64,000 nt of DNA from Macrostomum hystrix (lineage: Eukaryota; Animalia; Platyhelminthes). Below, in pieces: positions 1 through 11,324 of this stretch; within the stretch, counting starts at the first letter, position 1; every line of letters starts with the position of its first letter. The DNA lies in NCBI GenBank assembly GCA_950097015.1, contig CATNEN010000008.1, positions 992,001 through 1,056,000 on the forward strand. The letters run 5' to 3'. Made by a program: the position numbers and the translations under genes. The notes below the pieces were generated by a model. That model made no database searches. It had not been told where the DNA came from and saw only the letters and a list, made by a program, of their open reading frames with translations.

Positions 1-87
1 GAAGCCTTATAATGACTGCTGCCAGTGCCACCCATTTGAGACGCGGCAAAATTGGCGGTCAATAATTTAGACCATTAATGACCGCTG

Positions 88-969
88 CTGATGTCTATGG
101 CAAGCACCATGACAGACGAATCCTAGAGGTGGGAGAGAGAAAAAGTGCAGAGTGTGGAAAGAGAGCCCTCTTTGTCTATGGTCAAAATCAACACATCTCG
201 AATCAGAGTGATATTAAGACTGTTTTCCGCCCAGAGCGAATGGAATTTAATCTGATTTTGAAGGAACCGTTTTTGAGCCTACGTACGACAGATTAAGATG
301 GACGAGACATGCCCATATCCGACTGGTCTGCTTCATTTATCGCAAGGGGACGTCTGTGACCTGACGATGGAACAGATTCAACAGAGAATGAAACGAGAGG
401 CCGAGATGGAAAGAATGACGACGGAAACCCTGCCCGAGCTAGGAGGAATGGAGGACGTGGATGAACTTCTGAAGGTATACGAAGACTCCAAAACGTAGTG
501 CAGATATGGCCAGACTATCCAATGTCATCAGCAGTATTGGTTCTGAGGTTCAGGCACTGTCCGTAGCGGCACCGTTGCAAAAACTGGTGCCGAATCAAGT
601 GACGGCACCGGGCGACAGTGAGCCACCGGTGAATAGGCAAATGGTGGCCTCCGCAATCAGTGGCACTTTCCAAAACTGCACCTTCAATTTGTACATGGGC
701 AATGCCGATCAGCAGTAAAAAGACAATCGACAAGTGGAAAACTGTCTATCTGACTATCTACCTATGCGACGTTATTCCTGCTACTGTAATACATTTTCAT
801 GCCGAGAGTATCCATAATGGTGGTCCTTATTTGCCGCCTATATTTGTCTGTGTTTATGCCATGTTTTTTACACAATCAAAAGTGCAAATATATATGTCAG
901 AAACGCGTGACTGCTTCCTCACGCAGAGAAAAGACAACTTTGTGCCATAGACAAAACGTGAGCAGAATT
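88..969 (+). mobile_element. Approx. 880-bp insertion bounded by a 15-bp direct repeat with 11-bp subterminal inverted repeats; possibly a non-autonomous Crypton-like element
   Basis: CATTAATGACCGCTG at 73-87 and 970-984. TGTCTATGGCA (92-102) is the reverse complement of TGCCATAGACA (943-953). The internal ORF 506-718 ends SGTFQNCTFNL, resembling Crypton-type C-terminal tails. Confidence 0.45.
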
Positions 970-1005
970 CATTAATGACCGCTGAGAGCGGTTTTCAATG
1001 TAATA

Positions 1006-2543
1006 TACCTTTTTGCAATTGAATTCGCCGAAACTGCAAAACAATTCCCCATAGAAGCCAATGTGGTCTAAAAATAGTAAGCCCATAGAAATTAAGCTAA
1101 AATTCGAGATTGAATTCGCCGAAATAGCATTTGAATTCGCGTTACGCGCCAATGGCTTGTATTCATTTGACAGGACAAAAAGCTTCGAAGGGGAAACAAT
1201 CAAAGAGGAAACAAAGTTTGCGAACTGATGAAGAATGAAGTCAACCGAACGATCAAAGAAAAGAGCAATCAATTATGCCAAAATGTCTTCATGATTCAGG
1301 CAGCGATTCAAGTAGGTTGCCGTGTGATTTGCCCACTGCAAGCACTTCTGCTGTGTGATCTCCTGTAGGACGACCGTCACCTCACGTCTCAGAATTCCCA
1401 TTCTCCAGGTGTGCAATGTGATGCCAAGGTTTGCTGCTGCAGCCGTATTGAGCAGTTCCGCACGAACTTCAGGCTGTGAGAGCAAGCGTCCGACGGCAGT
1501 CTTTAAGCAGGAGCCAGCCATCTCAGCCGCATTTAAAAAGGGCGAGTATGGAGCCAGCTGTTTGGTGGAATGACCTGCATCAAGCCCAGGAACATTGTTG
1601 TGAGCGCGAGCGCCATCATACACCAGAGTCCATGGCTCGTCCACTAGCTCATTTAACTCAGACAAAAATGCTGCGAAATGGCCGCTTGTGAATCCGCCAT
1701 CCACCAGCGCATGGTGTACCAGACCCCATTGGGGTGAAACCGCCAGACAAATTGTCAGGTTTCTCCCTCGTTGTCCGCTCGTAATCATAACGGCTCGTTC
1801 GCCTCTGGGTGCGCGAGCCCGACTCCTTGCTGTCCATAAATTCACTCCAAACTCGTCCATGAACACCAGATTCCCTCCCATATACCGTCATTCAACATTC
1901 AACTCGCGAACTGCCACCGAGCCTCCTTCACCACGTCCGTGTTCCAGTTCGCAGTAATCTGACGACTTGCCTTTAGAGTGATGAGCTGGCAGTCAAGCAT
2001 CCGACTGAGCGTTGAAAGACTTGGTGCCTGTTGGCCAGGATTCTGAGCCTGTAGGTGGTCTCTCATGCTGGCAAGGGTGACATTGGGGGTTTCTTCAATC
2101 AGAAGCTTCACACTCTCAATCAGATCTTCAGTAAGCAGCTTCGGTCGTCCGCCTCCTCGGGGTAGTCTCTCAACAAGTCCCTCTGCAGCATATCGTTCAA
2201 TAATGCCCCTTGCCGTGCGCTTGTTGATTTCCAAGGTTTCAGCCAGCCGAATCCAATCTCTGCCTTCATCATACGATCGTGTCAGGCGCAATCTATCCGT
2301 CATCGATACTGGCTTGTACGGTCCTCTCAGCATTTTGAAAACAGGATAGAGAAGGACTGCCGAATTTAAATTGCTGCGATTTTAGCAACATATAGACACG
2401 TCACCAGTGCGAATTCAATTGCAATTTCGGCGAATTCAATCTCGAATTTTAGCTTAATTTCTATGGGCTTACTATTTTTAGACCACATTGGCTTCTATGG
2501 GGAATTGTTTTGCAGTTTCGGCGAATTCAATTGCAAAAAGGTA
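1006..2543 (-). mobile_element. IS630/Tc1-mariner superfamily DNA transposon, 1538 bp, with 135-bp TIRs and TA target duplication
   Basis: TIRs at 1006-1140 and 2409-2543 (TACCTTTTTGCAATTGAATTCGCCG...) differ by about 2 mismatches. TA flanks at 1004-1005 and 2544-2545. Each TIR carries 3 copies of TTGAATTCGC. Confidence 0.93.
1273..2333 (-). pseudogene. IS630/Tc1-like transposase, disrupted (TGA at 1899-1901 plus a frameshift); HTH domain and DD30E catalytic domain
   Basis: ORF 2333-1899 has an HTH with GGGRPKLL. ORF 1881-1273 has FMDEFG, VYDGARAH and LAPYSPFLNAAE, which are typical IS630/Tc1 motifs. Confidence 0.88.
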
Positions 2544-3214
2544 TAATAAAGACTGTTGCAAGTGCAATACTGTTGACCTTGCCGCCCGTGATGTGCCTGT
2601 CGAGCACATTCAAGTTGTATCCGGACACAAAAAAGCCGAGTCTGTGCAGAGGTACACGAAGGTACTCTCCTTGGGTCAAAAGAGAGGTCTTAAAGAGGTC
2701 TATGCTTAAAATACCATGCGCTGAGTAGCAAGCAGATCAGATTTTGGATTGGCAACGGATTATAGGTTAAAAAAGTTTAAATTTTCGCAACTCCAGGAAG
2801 ACCCTAAGGCTGTCACAACAATGATCCTTCCTTGGCGGAGCTCTCGGAGACACGCGAGCCTAACGAGCATTTCTATACATGAAGAATATTTTCCAAGAAA
2901 CTTTCTCTTCCCTTGGCCTGCCCCGTATACATACTGGATTTTTTTGGGAAAGCGTTCAGAAAATCTGAGAGAAAGTGAAGCACTTTGTGACTCAGTCTGA
3001 GTGTGTGTGGAATCATATTTATGTGAGGCCAATGAGCAATAAGAGGATTAAGCAATGCAGCTTGAATGCGCTGCGAAACAATTAGCTCATATTTTCTAGT
3101 CAAATTTTTAGGATTCTCGAAGTCCTAAGGCAGTTGTCAAGAAACCCAGGTCAGACATAGAGTTAGAACTGGGATAGAAGTGTTTCTAATAAGGAATGAC
3201 AGTTCAACTCAAAC

Positions 3215-6200
3215 CTTGATGTAGGACACACGTGGCAGTTGACCTAGAGCTCCCGAGCTCTGAGTGGTCATGCTGAGCACAGTGAGTAGACCCAAACTGA
3301 TTCTAGCCGGCACCGCGCGAACATCGATCCAGAATGATACCCAGCTGAGTATAACAATCAGAATGCTGGGAATGTAGGTCTGGATCAGGTAGAAGCCAGA
3401 CTTACGGTTCAGGTAGAACGTAGCGATCAGGTAGGAGTACGAGCCTGGAGTTTGGGTACGGCGACGGGTCAACAGATTTTTGGCCAGCTGCTGAGCCTCG
3501 TTCGTTCGATTTACCCACACTTACCTGTCAGGTATTCCACAACACAAGTCTCTGTGCTAATGTTCGGCCAACCCACAACTACCTGTAAGGTAATCCACAA
3601 CACAAGTCTCTGTGCTAATGTTCGGCCAACCCACACCTACCTGTCAGGTAATCCACAACACAAGTCTCTGTGCTAATGTTCGGCCAAACCCACACCTACC
3701 TGTCAGGTAATCCACAACACAAGTCTCTGTGCTAATGTTCGGCCAACCCACACCTACCTGTCAGGTAATCCACAACACAAGTCTCTGTGCTAATGTTCGG
3801 CCAACCAACACCTACCTGTCAGGTAATCCACAACACAAGTCTCTGTGCTAATGTTCGGCCAACCCACACCTACCTGTCAGGTAATCCACAACACAAGTCT
3901 CTGTGCTAATGTTCGGCGGCGTGACAAACTCAGGCAGTTCCAGGTCGCTGCTGAATTGCACCCGCTCCTTCGGGTTGGCCACCCACTCGAACATGAGCTC
4001 CTTGGTTGTATAGCCATCTGAAGGATGGTCATGACAGAGGTTCAATCAACTGAAATTCAAGTTTACACAAACGAGTGCCGACATTTGCAAAAGTTTTATC
4101 AATGGTAAAATTCTAAAATACGACCCCGAATCCCAAAATGGTGGCTCATTGTGACAGCAATCACCAAAAGTGCACATTTAGGGGCCGAAGCTATCCAGAC
4201 AAATGGGGAGTTAAAGCAGACGTATGAAAGTGCTTTGGGCGTCCTTTAAACTTCACACCGTAGCCAGACACTCACGGACTCCACTCTTCCTTCTTTTCCA
4301 CTCATCCATGCATCTTGATACTTTCCAAACTCACTCCCATCACTTTATTTCAGATGCAATTTCTACTGCATTGCATAGCATCTAAGAGGCAGGTGCTACG
4401 ACAAAACATGCAAGCTAGCAAATGCTTGGCCAGAAGGGTAGATTTGAAGCCATCTCTGGCTAGCTACCTATAGCTGGACGGAAACTGAGTGTCCGGGTTG
4501 TTTTTAAAGACGAAAACGTATGCAGCTGTTTTGTGGGGGCTCTAGGGCACAGTTTCTGCCTCTGTCACTCATTAAGGTTTAGCCCTAGTAAGAAACAAGT
4601 GGCCCATCTGTTGACAGCAACTGATCTAGCTGACACTCACAGCTTTCCATCTTCAGGTGGCACTTTTGCTGGTCCATTGGAAACTTCTTTAAGTCCATGT
4701 TGCATGAAAGCTTCACAGTAAGCCTGGATGGCGATGTGAAATCAGGTTTGTTAAATTGTTGGTACGAATGTCCCTTTCACGAGATGGTACATGCGACAGA
4801 GCCTGTGTGAAAAACTTATAAAGCTGATCGGCGAATAGTTAAACTACAGTTTTTTTTATTTGTACAGGATTTTGTAAGCGTAATTCGTCGCTTGATTAGT
4901 AAAAGTTCACTCACTTCTGACTGAAAGTCACGTGACCGCTCGGGTCAACGCGCAGCAGTAAATTCGGCGTAGTAATCTCGTGAAAATTGCCGCGCTTCTC
5001 ATTGATAAAGTACAGATCTGGGACCCAGAGCTCGGACTTCTTCGAGTTCAAAGTGAGCGACTGATTGTAGCCGCGATGCCCGTAGGCTAACCGGCTATCG
5101 TTCCAGTACTGGCGCAGGAACATGTTCACTGAGTAGTCCTGCGAAATTTTTTTTACTTCTGGCATCAAACTGGAGCGTCTGATTTGAAAACACGATAAAA
5201 CCATATTTGTCGCATATGGCTGACAAAAGCATGAACATAATAATAAAATTATTTTCAGGTGGGCAGTGGGCAGTGTTATAGGCACACGCGCAACAGATAC
5301 TGTACGCAGGCCTACGCTCTCACACATCTGCCCTTTGTCATCGTCAGGCAGTGTACACTCTCACTGTGCCTTGGAGGTTGGCCCTCAAGGGTGTAAATTG
5401 CACGACAAGCCCCCAAGCCTTCTCTCCGCGGATCCAAATAAATGCGATCTCACCGCGGAATCGAGCTCAGGGACCTGTCGACGAGATCGCCAAGCAGGGC
5501 ACGCGGCTTGAGCAGGACGCCGCACTTATCTCTCTGGCGGCGGCAAAATCTGCCATCCGCCGCCACAGCCTCTGTCGCTGGCAAGAACTGTACAGCGCGG
5601 CTGCTGCTTCGACGGCCTGTGCTAACTCGCTGGCTTGGCATGCCGCCTGCACCGCCGGCCGCCTTCCACCGCCGCCGGCGAAAGAGCTCACCCGGCGACA
5701 AGAGCGGCTAATCTGCCGACCGCTACCCGTCTTCCAGGCCACCATCGGCGTTAATATTTCACCCAACTGCCGCCTCTGTGGCGAGGGCGAGGAGACGGCC
5801 GCCCACCTGCTCATTAACTGCCCTGACTGCCATTCGCTGCCACCTCTAGGGCCCCAACCCCTAGTAGTTTTTGTTAACTACTTTGCTGTGCTGGGCCTGG
5901 GTCGCCATGGGCGACAGCCTGAGCACGCCGAAATGGAAGAAGAACGAGCTCAGGGACCTTGGTGCCGAGTGGCAAACGCGTTAGAGCGCTCAGCCACTCA
6001 CCGCAGACAAAGCTAAGCCATTTCAAAGCTAAGCCATTTCAAAGCTAAGCCATTTCAAAGCTAAGCCATTGCAAAGCTAAGCCATTTCAAAGCTAAGCCA
6101 TTTCAAAGCTAAGCCATTTCAAAGCTAAGTAAGAGGATGGAGAATTTGGTTTCTTAATCAGGGGCAAAAAATCAGGATCAGGACTGAGATTCGAACTCCA

Positions 6201-8215
6201 GACCTCTCAGTCAGAATTCCGTAGCTCTGTCTACTGAGCTAGAGCCTCTCCCTGTGAATAATTTGACAATTACCGAATTAACATGACTACAGTCCGTTTT
6301 CCATCCTCATTATTTCGAGGCATCCCAAGTCGAGTATGCAGTCATACTAACTGACATCTGCCTGACGAACCGCATGCAGAGTGCACTTCTCACCACTTAT
6401 TGACTTCTAATTCTTCTCCGATGCCGCCATTTCATTCTCTTCCCTCTTTTCATACTGTGGACTGCAGCACTAAAAGGTGAGCTTTCAGTGTGCCAAGTGT
6501 GCCGCCAAATAATTTCCACTTCTCACTGTTAGTATTAGAGTTTGTTTGTCTCCCAGCTAAACTGATGGCTGGCTAACTGATTGGATCAGGTGCGGTGCGA
6601 GACAGCCAGCTCAAAGACTATCTGAATATATTTAGTCATTCCGGGAATTATTACTCATTCTGTCCTTCTGTGAAGATAGAGAGAGCATGGAAGTGTTGAC
6701 TGATTAATACGACGTATGATCATACCCTCATAGATAAGACCTGGGATATGCACTGCCATCTGTCACGGCAAACAATAGAAGTACATCTAGATCTCTGACT
6801 GTATGGTAGCATTCGTTACAATTAAAACTTAATAAAAAGTCTACAACAGTTATCCGTCACTCACCATATCGATGACGTTGATAGAACTCATAGCGTGCAC
6901 CATCAGTGATACTCTGACGATTGTTGTTTTGCCTAAAATTGTTAAATGGGTTTTTCTACTTCTTTGTATTAAATTTGTGCTCAAAATTTCCCTTGGAGTG
7001 CAAACCAGCTTAATAAAACTAATCTTTAAGAATCAGAGCAAAGTCGAGTGAGAGGGGCGAAGAGACCAAGGTTTTTGTTCGGCATTTTAACCCGTTGTCA
7101 CGCTCTCAGAAACAAACTTGCCTAGGGCTCCACTCAGTTAACTATCTGATTGCAGTTCGAAGGGAGTAAAGAAAAAAGTTTTCGCTCACACGGATACTCG
7201 AACTGCGACACAGCATCTTGAGATCCGTTTAGGCGAGGCAATAACCCTTAATCTAACTGCGCTACTGGGCCGCATAGCCTTTTAACTCTCCTTCAATAGA
7301 GAAGTCAGGAAGAACACACTTCTACACCAATGAGGATGTAATCGAGAAATTGGAAAATCGATTCGCGAACCTCAATCCGTGAACATTTGGGTTAGTGGCT
7401 CCTACTCATTCTAAGCTGCCCGGAATATAGACAGACAAGCAGCCTCACCTGTGTACATCGACGGCGGTATGGACCTGTCGTACTGTTCGAAAATCTTGGC
7501 AATGAAGTCTCGCATTGTCTCATTGTTGTGCCCGATTCTAAAAGAAATAGTAAGTATGCCCGCGACGATTGACTAGTTTAGAGGGATAAGCTGACTGTCT
7601 AGAACCCACCCAGACCGTCACCCACCTCAGCTGAGTGTCTAGAACCCTCCCCAGACCGTCACCCACCTCAGCTGAGTGTCTAGAACCCTCCCCAGACCGT
7701 CACCCACCTCAGCTGAGTGTCTAGAACCCTCCCCAGACCGTCACCCACCTCAGCTGAGTGTCTAGAACCCACCCAGACCGTCACCCACCTCAGCTGAGTG
7801 TCTAGAACCCACCCAGACCGTCACCCACCTCAGCTGAGTGTCTAGAACCCACCCAGACCGTCACCCACCTCAGCTGAGTGTCTAGAACCCTCCCCAGACC
7901 GTCACCCAACCTCAGCTGAGTGTCTAGAACCCACCCAGACCGTCACCCAACCTCAGCTGAGTGTCTAGAACCCACCCAGACCGTCACCCACCTCAGCTGA
8001 GTGTCTAGAACCATCCCCAGACCGTCACCCACCTCAGCTGAGTGTCTAGAACCCACCCAGACCGTCACCCACCTCAGCTGGATGTCAGCCTGCAGTCGGC
8101 CGCAGAGGCAGGCGAACGCAAAGCAGCTGAGTACGAAGAAGTCGCGAAGGCGTCGACGCCACAGCCCGGGTAAGTTGCCTCCGCCGCTAGCACCGCTGAA
8201 TGTGGCAGGCGGCAT
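3215..8215 (-). CDS. Cys-loop ligand-gated chloride channel subunit (GluCl/GlyR/GABA-like), partial; M3/M4 exons not found in the window
   Basis: Phase-consistent GT-AG exons: 8215-8073 (signal peptide), 7537-7449 (YDRSIPP), 6932-6865, 5138-4915 ([12 protein letters not shown]), 4723-4641 (Cys-loop [15 protein letters not shown]), 4017-3874, 3444-3215 (M1-M2 with the PAR anion filter, [18 protein letters not shown]). 327 codons in total. Confidence 0.93.
3512..3918 (-). repeat. 58-bp tandem array (7 copies) spanning the 3' end of channel exon 6 and its splice donor
   Basis: Unit on the - strand: CCGAACATTAGCACAGAGACTTGTGTTGTGGATTACCTGACAG|GTAGGTGTGGGTTGG. GT donors at 3872, 3814, 3756, 3698, 3639, 3581 and 3523. 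Confidence 0.95.
5245..6004 (-). mobile_element. tRNA-derived SINE (family A), interrupted by a LINE fragment
   Basis: Body GTCAGGCAGTGTACACTCTCACTGTGCCTTGGAGGTTGGCCCTCAAGGG...CCCCCAAGCCTTCTCTCCGCGG is shared with copies at 11.8, 17.5, 21.1 and 51.8 kb. The tRNA-like head with A/B boxes lies at 5455-5476 plus 5960-6004. Confidence 0.85.
5477..5944 (+). mobile_element. 5'-truncated non-LTR retrotransposon (I-superfamily-like 3' end) with a 15-bp TSD
   Basis: TSD CGAGCTCAGGGACCT at 5462-5476 and 5945-5959. It encodes VDEIAKQG (RNase H C-terminus-like) and [19 protein letters not shown] (CCHC knuckle), and ends in a (GAA)3 tail. Confidence 0.85.
6008..6129. repeat. 16-bp tandem repeat (CAAAGCTAAGCCATTT) x about 7.5, abutting the SINE head
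   Basis: Read directly from the sequence. Confidence 0.95.
6180..6246 (-). mobile_element. tRNA-like SINE head fragment
   Basis: The reverse complement reads TAGCTCAGTAG (A box)...GAGGTCTGGAGTTCGAATC (B box). It shares GACCTCTCAGTCAG with the 59.2-kb array. Confidence 0.55.
7597..8080 (-). repeat. 40-42-bp tandem array (12 copies) spanning the exon 1 splice donor of the channel gene
   Basis: Unit on the - strand: CAGCTGAG|GTGGGTGACGGTCTGGG(T/GA)GGGTTCTAGACACT. The proximal donor is at 8071-8072 and the distal one at 7624-7625. Confidence 0.95.
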
Positions 8216-8736
8216 CGAGCTGCTGTTGATTCAGATGGCTCTGAGCTTCTCACTGACTTCTCTAAAAAATTATTTGAGCCACAAAACGCCGTTTAAGTCC
8301 ATGACAACCAATTACGCCCAAAATATGACTAAGTCGTAAACTCGCGCTATTAGTCAATTCCTTAGCTATTCATCCTAGCACGGGCACATGATTTACAAGT
8401 TAATATCAGTTTCAGGCTTGCATGCGAGTTCAGAAAAATAATTGGCCCAGTTTTCCTTTTGCAAAGTCCCCCCTTTTAGTGTTGCCGCTTCTCGGAATAT
8501 TTTTATTTCTTCATCCCGCCTTTTCTCTGCTTCTTTCTTTTCATTTTCCTATGGCCCTTCAACCTTGCAGTCTAATGTAGAACCTGATTTGTAGAACCTG
8601 ATTTCCTTGAAACGGTGGCGCGATTCTCGCTAATTGGGAACCAGAAACGGCCAGTTTTCTAGCGGATATAGTTATAGAGACGATAGTTATAATTATAATC
8701 TAGTTATAATCTAATCTAATCTAATCTATAGTTATA

Positions 8737-11324
8737 ATCTAGGAACAGCCACAGTTTATCTAGGAACTGCCACAGTTTATCTAGGAACTGTCACAGTTTA
8801 TCTAGGAACTGCCACAGTTTATCTAGGAACTGTCACAGTTTATCTAGGAACTGTCACAGTTTATCTAGGAACTGCCACAGTTTATCTAGGAACTGTCACA
8901 GTTTATCTAGGAAATGTCACAGTTTATCTAGTAACTGCCACAGTTTATCTAGGAAATGTCACAGTTTATCTAGGAACTGTCAAAGTTTATCTAGGAAATG
9001 TCACAGTTTATCTAGTAACTGTCACAGTTTATCTAGGAACTGTCACAGTTTATCTAGGAACTGTCACAGGTTATCTAGGAACTGTCACAGTTTATCTAGT
9101 AACTGTCACAGTTTATCTAGGAAATGCCACAGCTTATCTAGGAACTGTCACAGGTTATCTAGGAAATGTCACAGTTTATCTAAGAAATGTCACAGTTTAT
9201 CTAGGAACTGTCACAGTTTATCTAGGAACTGTCACAGTTTATCTAGGAAATGTCACAGTTTATCTAGTAACTGCCACAGCTTATCTAGGAACTGTCACAG
9301 GTTATCTAGGAAATGTCACAGTTTATCTAAGAAATGTCACAGTTTATCTAGGAACTGTCACAGTTTATCTAGGAACTGTCACAGTTTATCTAGGAACTGT
9401 CACAGTTTATCTAGGAACTGTCACAGTTTATCTAGGAACTGTCACAGTTTATCTAGGAACTGTCACAGTTTATCTAGGAACTGCCACAGTTTATCTAGGA
9501 ACTGTCACAGTTTATCTAGGAACTGTCACAGTTTATCTAGGAACTGCCACAGTTTATCTAGGAACTGTCACAGTTTATCTAGGAAATGTCACAGTTTATC
9601 TAGTAACTGCCGCAGTTTATCTAGTAACTGTCACAGTTTATCTAGGAACTGCCACAGTTTATCTAGGAACTGCCACAGTTTATCTAGGAAATGTCACAGT
9701 TTATCTAGGAAATGTCCGTTTATTTAGAAATGTCACAGTTTATCTAGGAACTGTCACAGTTTATCTAGGAACTGCCACAGTTTATCTAGGAACTGTCACA
9801 GTTTATCTAGGAACTGTCACAGTTTATCTAGGAACTGCCACAATTTATCTAGGAAATGTCACAGTTTATCTAGTAACTGTCACAGTTTATCTAGGAACTG
9901 CCACAGTTTATCTAGGAACTGTCACAGTTTATCTAGGAAATGTCCGTTTATTTAGAAATGTCACAGTTTATCTAGGAACTGTCACAGTTTATCTAGGAAC
10001 TGCCACAGTTTATCTAGGAACTGTCACAGTTTATCTAGGAACTGTCACAGTTTATCTAGGAAATGTCACAGTTTATCTAGTAACTGTCACAGTTTATCTA
10101 GGAACTGTCACAGTTTATCTAGGAAATGTCCGTTTATTTAGAAATGTCACAGTTTATCTAGGAACTGTCACAGTTTATCTAGGAAATGTCACAGTTTATC
10201 TAGTAACTGTCACAGTTTATCTAGGAACTGCCACAGTTTATCTAGGAACTGTCACAGTTTATCTAGGAAATGTCCGTTTATTTAGAAATGTCACAGTTTA
10301 TCTAGGAACTGTCACAGTTTATCTAGGAACTGTCACAGTTTATCTAGGAACTGTCACAGTTTATCTAGGAACTGTCACAGTTTATCTAGGAACTGCCACA
10401 GTTTATCTAGGAACTGTCACAGTTTATCTAGGAACTGCCACAGTTTATCTAGGAAATGTCACAGTTTATCTAGGAACTGCCACAGTTTATCTAGGAACTG
10501 TCACAGTTTATCTAGGAAATGTCCGTTTATTTAGAAATGTCACAGTTTATCTAGGAACTGTCACAGTTTATCTAGGAACTGTCACAGTTTATCTAGGGAC
10601 TGTCACAGTTTATCTAGGAACTGCCACAGTTTATCTAGGAACTGTCACAGTTTATCTAGGAACTGTCACAGTTTATCTAGGAAATGTCACAGTTTATCTA
10701 GTAACTGCCACAGTTTATCTAGGAACTGTCACAGTTTATCTAGGAACTGTCACAGTTTATCTAGGAACTGCCACAGTTTATCTAGGAACTGCCACTGTTT
10801 ATCTAGGAACTGCCACAGTTTATCTAGGAACTGCCACAGTTTATCTAGGAAATGTCCGTTTATTTAGAAATTCTCACTGTTTATTAAGGAACTGTCACAG
10901 TTTATCTAGGAACTGTCACAGTTTATCTAGGAAATGTCCGTTTATTTAGAAATTATCACTGTTTATTAAGGAACTGTCACAGTTTTTCTTGAAACTGTCA
11001 CAGTTTATCTAGGAAATGTCCGTTTATTTAGAAATTCTCACTGTTTATTAAGGAACTGTCACAGTTTTTCTTGAAACTGTCACAGTTTATCTAGGAAATG
11101 TCCGTTTATTTAGAAATTCTCACTGTTTATTAAGGAACTGTCACAGTTTTTCTTGAAACTGTCACAGTTTATCTAGGAAATGTCCGTTTATTTAGAAATT
11201 ATCACTGTTTATTAAGGAACTGTCACAATTTTTCTTGAAACTGTCACAGTTTATCTAGGAAATGTCCGTTTATTTAGAAATTATCACAGTTTATCTAGGA
11301 ACTGTCACAGTTTTTCTTGAAACT
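8737..11324. repeat. 21-bp minisatellite (GTTTATCTAGGAACTGTCACA), about 2.6 kb, with 19-bp deletion variants and trimer-like higher-order units at the right end
   Basis: Read directly from the sequence. Confidence 0.97.

Larger units (their letters stand above)
1..2709 (+). pseudogene. Degenerate Crypton-like tyrosine recombinase C-terminus, split by two nested insertions (88-969 and 1006-2543)
   Basis: Removing both insertions gives roughly ...RRGKIG(frameshift)NNL..LMTAESGF...TVDLAARDVPVEHIQVVSGHKKAESVQRYTKVLS. This resembles the YR box II motif (GH...Y nucleophile) and the upstream G.N.L..LM motif of Crypton/DUF3504-type proteins. It contains stops and frameshifts, and the match is by eye only. 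Confidence 0.5.

Noticed and set aside
1870-1905. Programmed -1 frameshift in the transposase, as in bacterial IS630
   Set aside because: There is no slippery heptamer at the junction, and stops occur in both frames, so decay is the simpler explanation.
2710-3210. M3/M4 exons of the channel gene
   Set aside because: No AIDVW-like or hydrophobic exon was found on the - strand, so they presumably lie beyond the window start.
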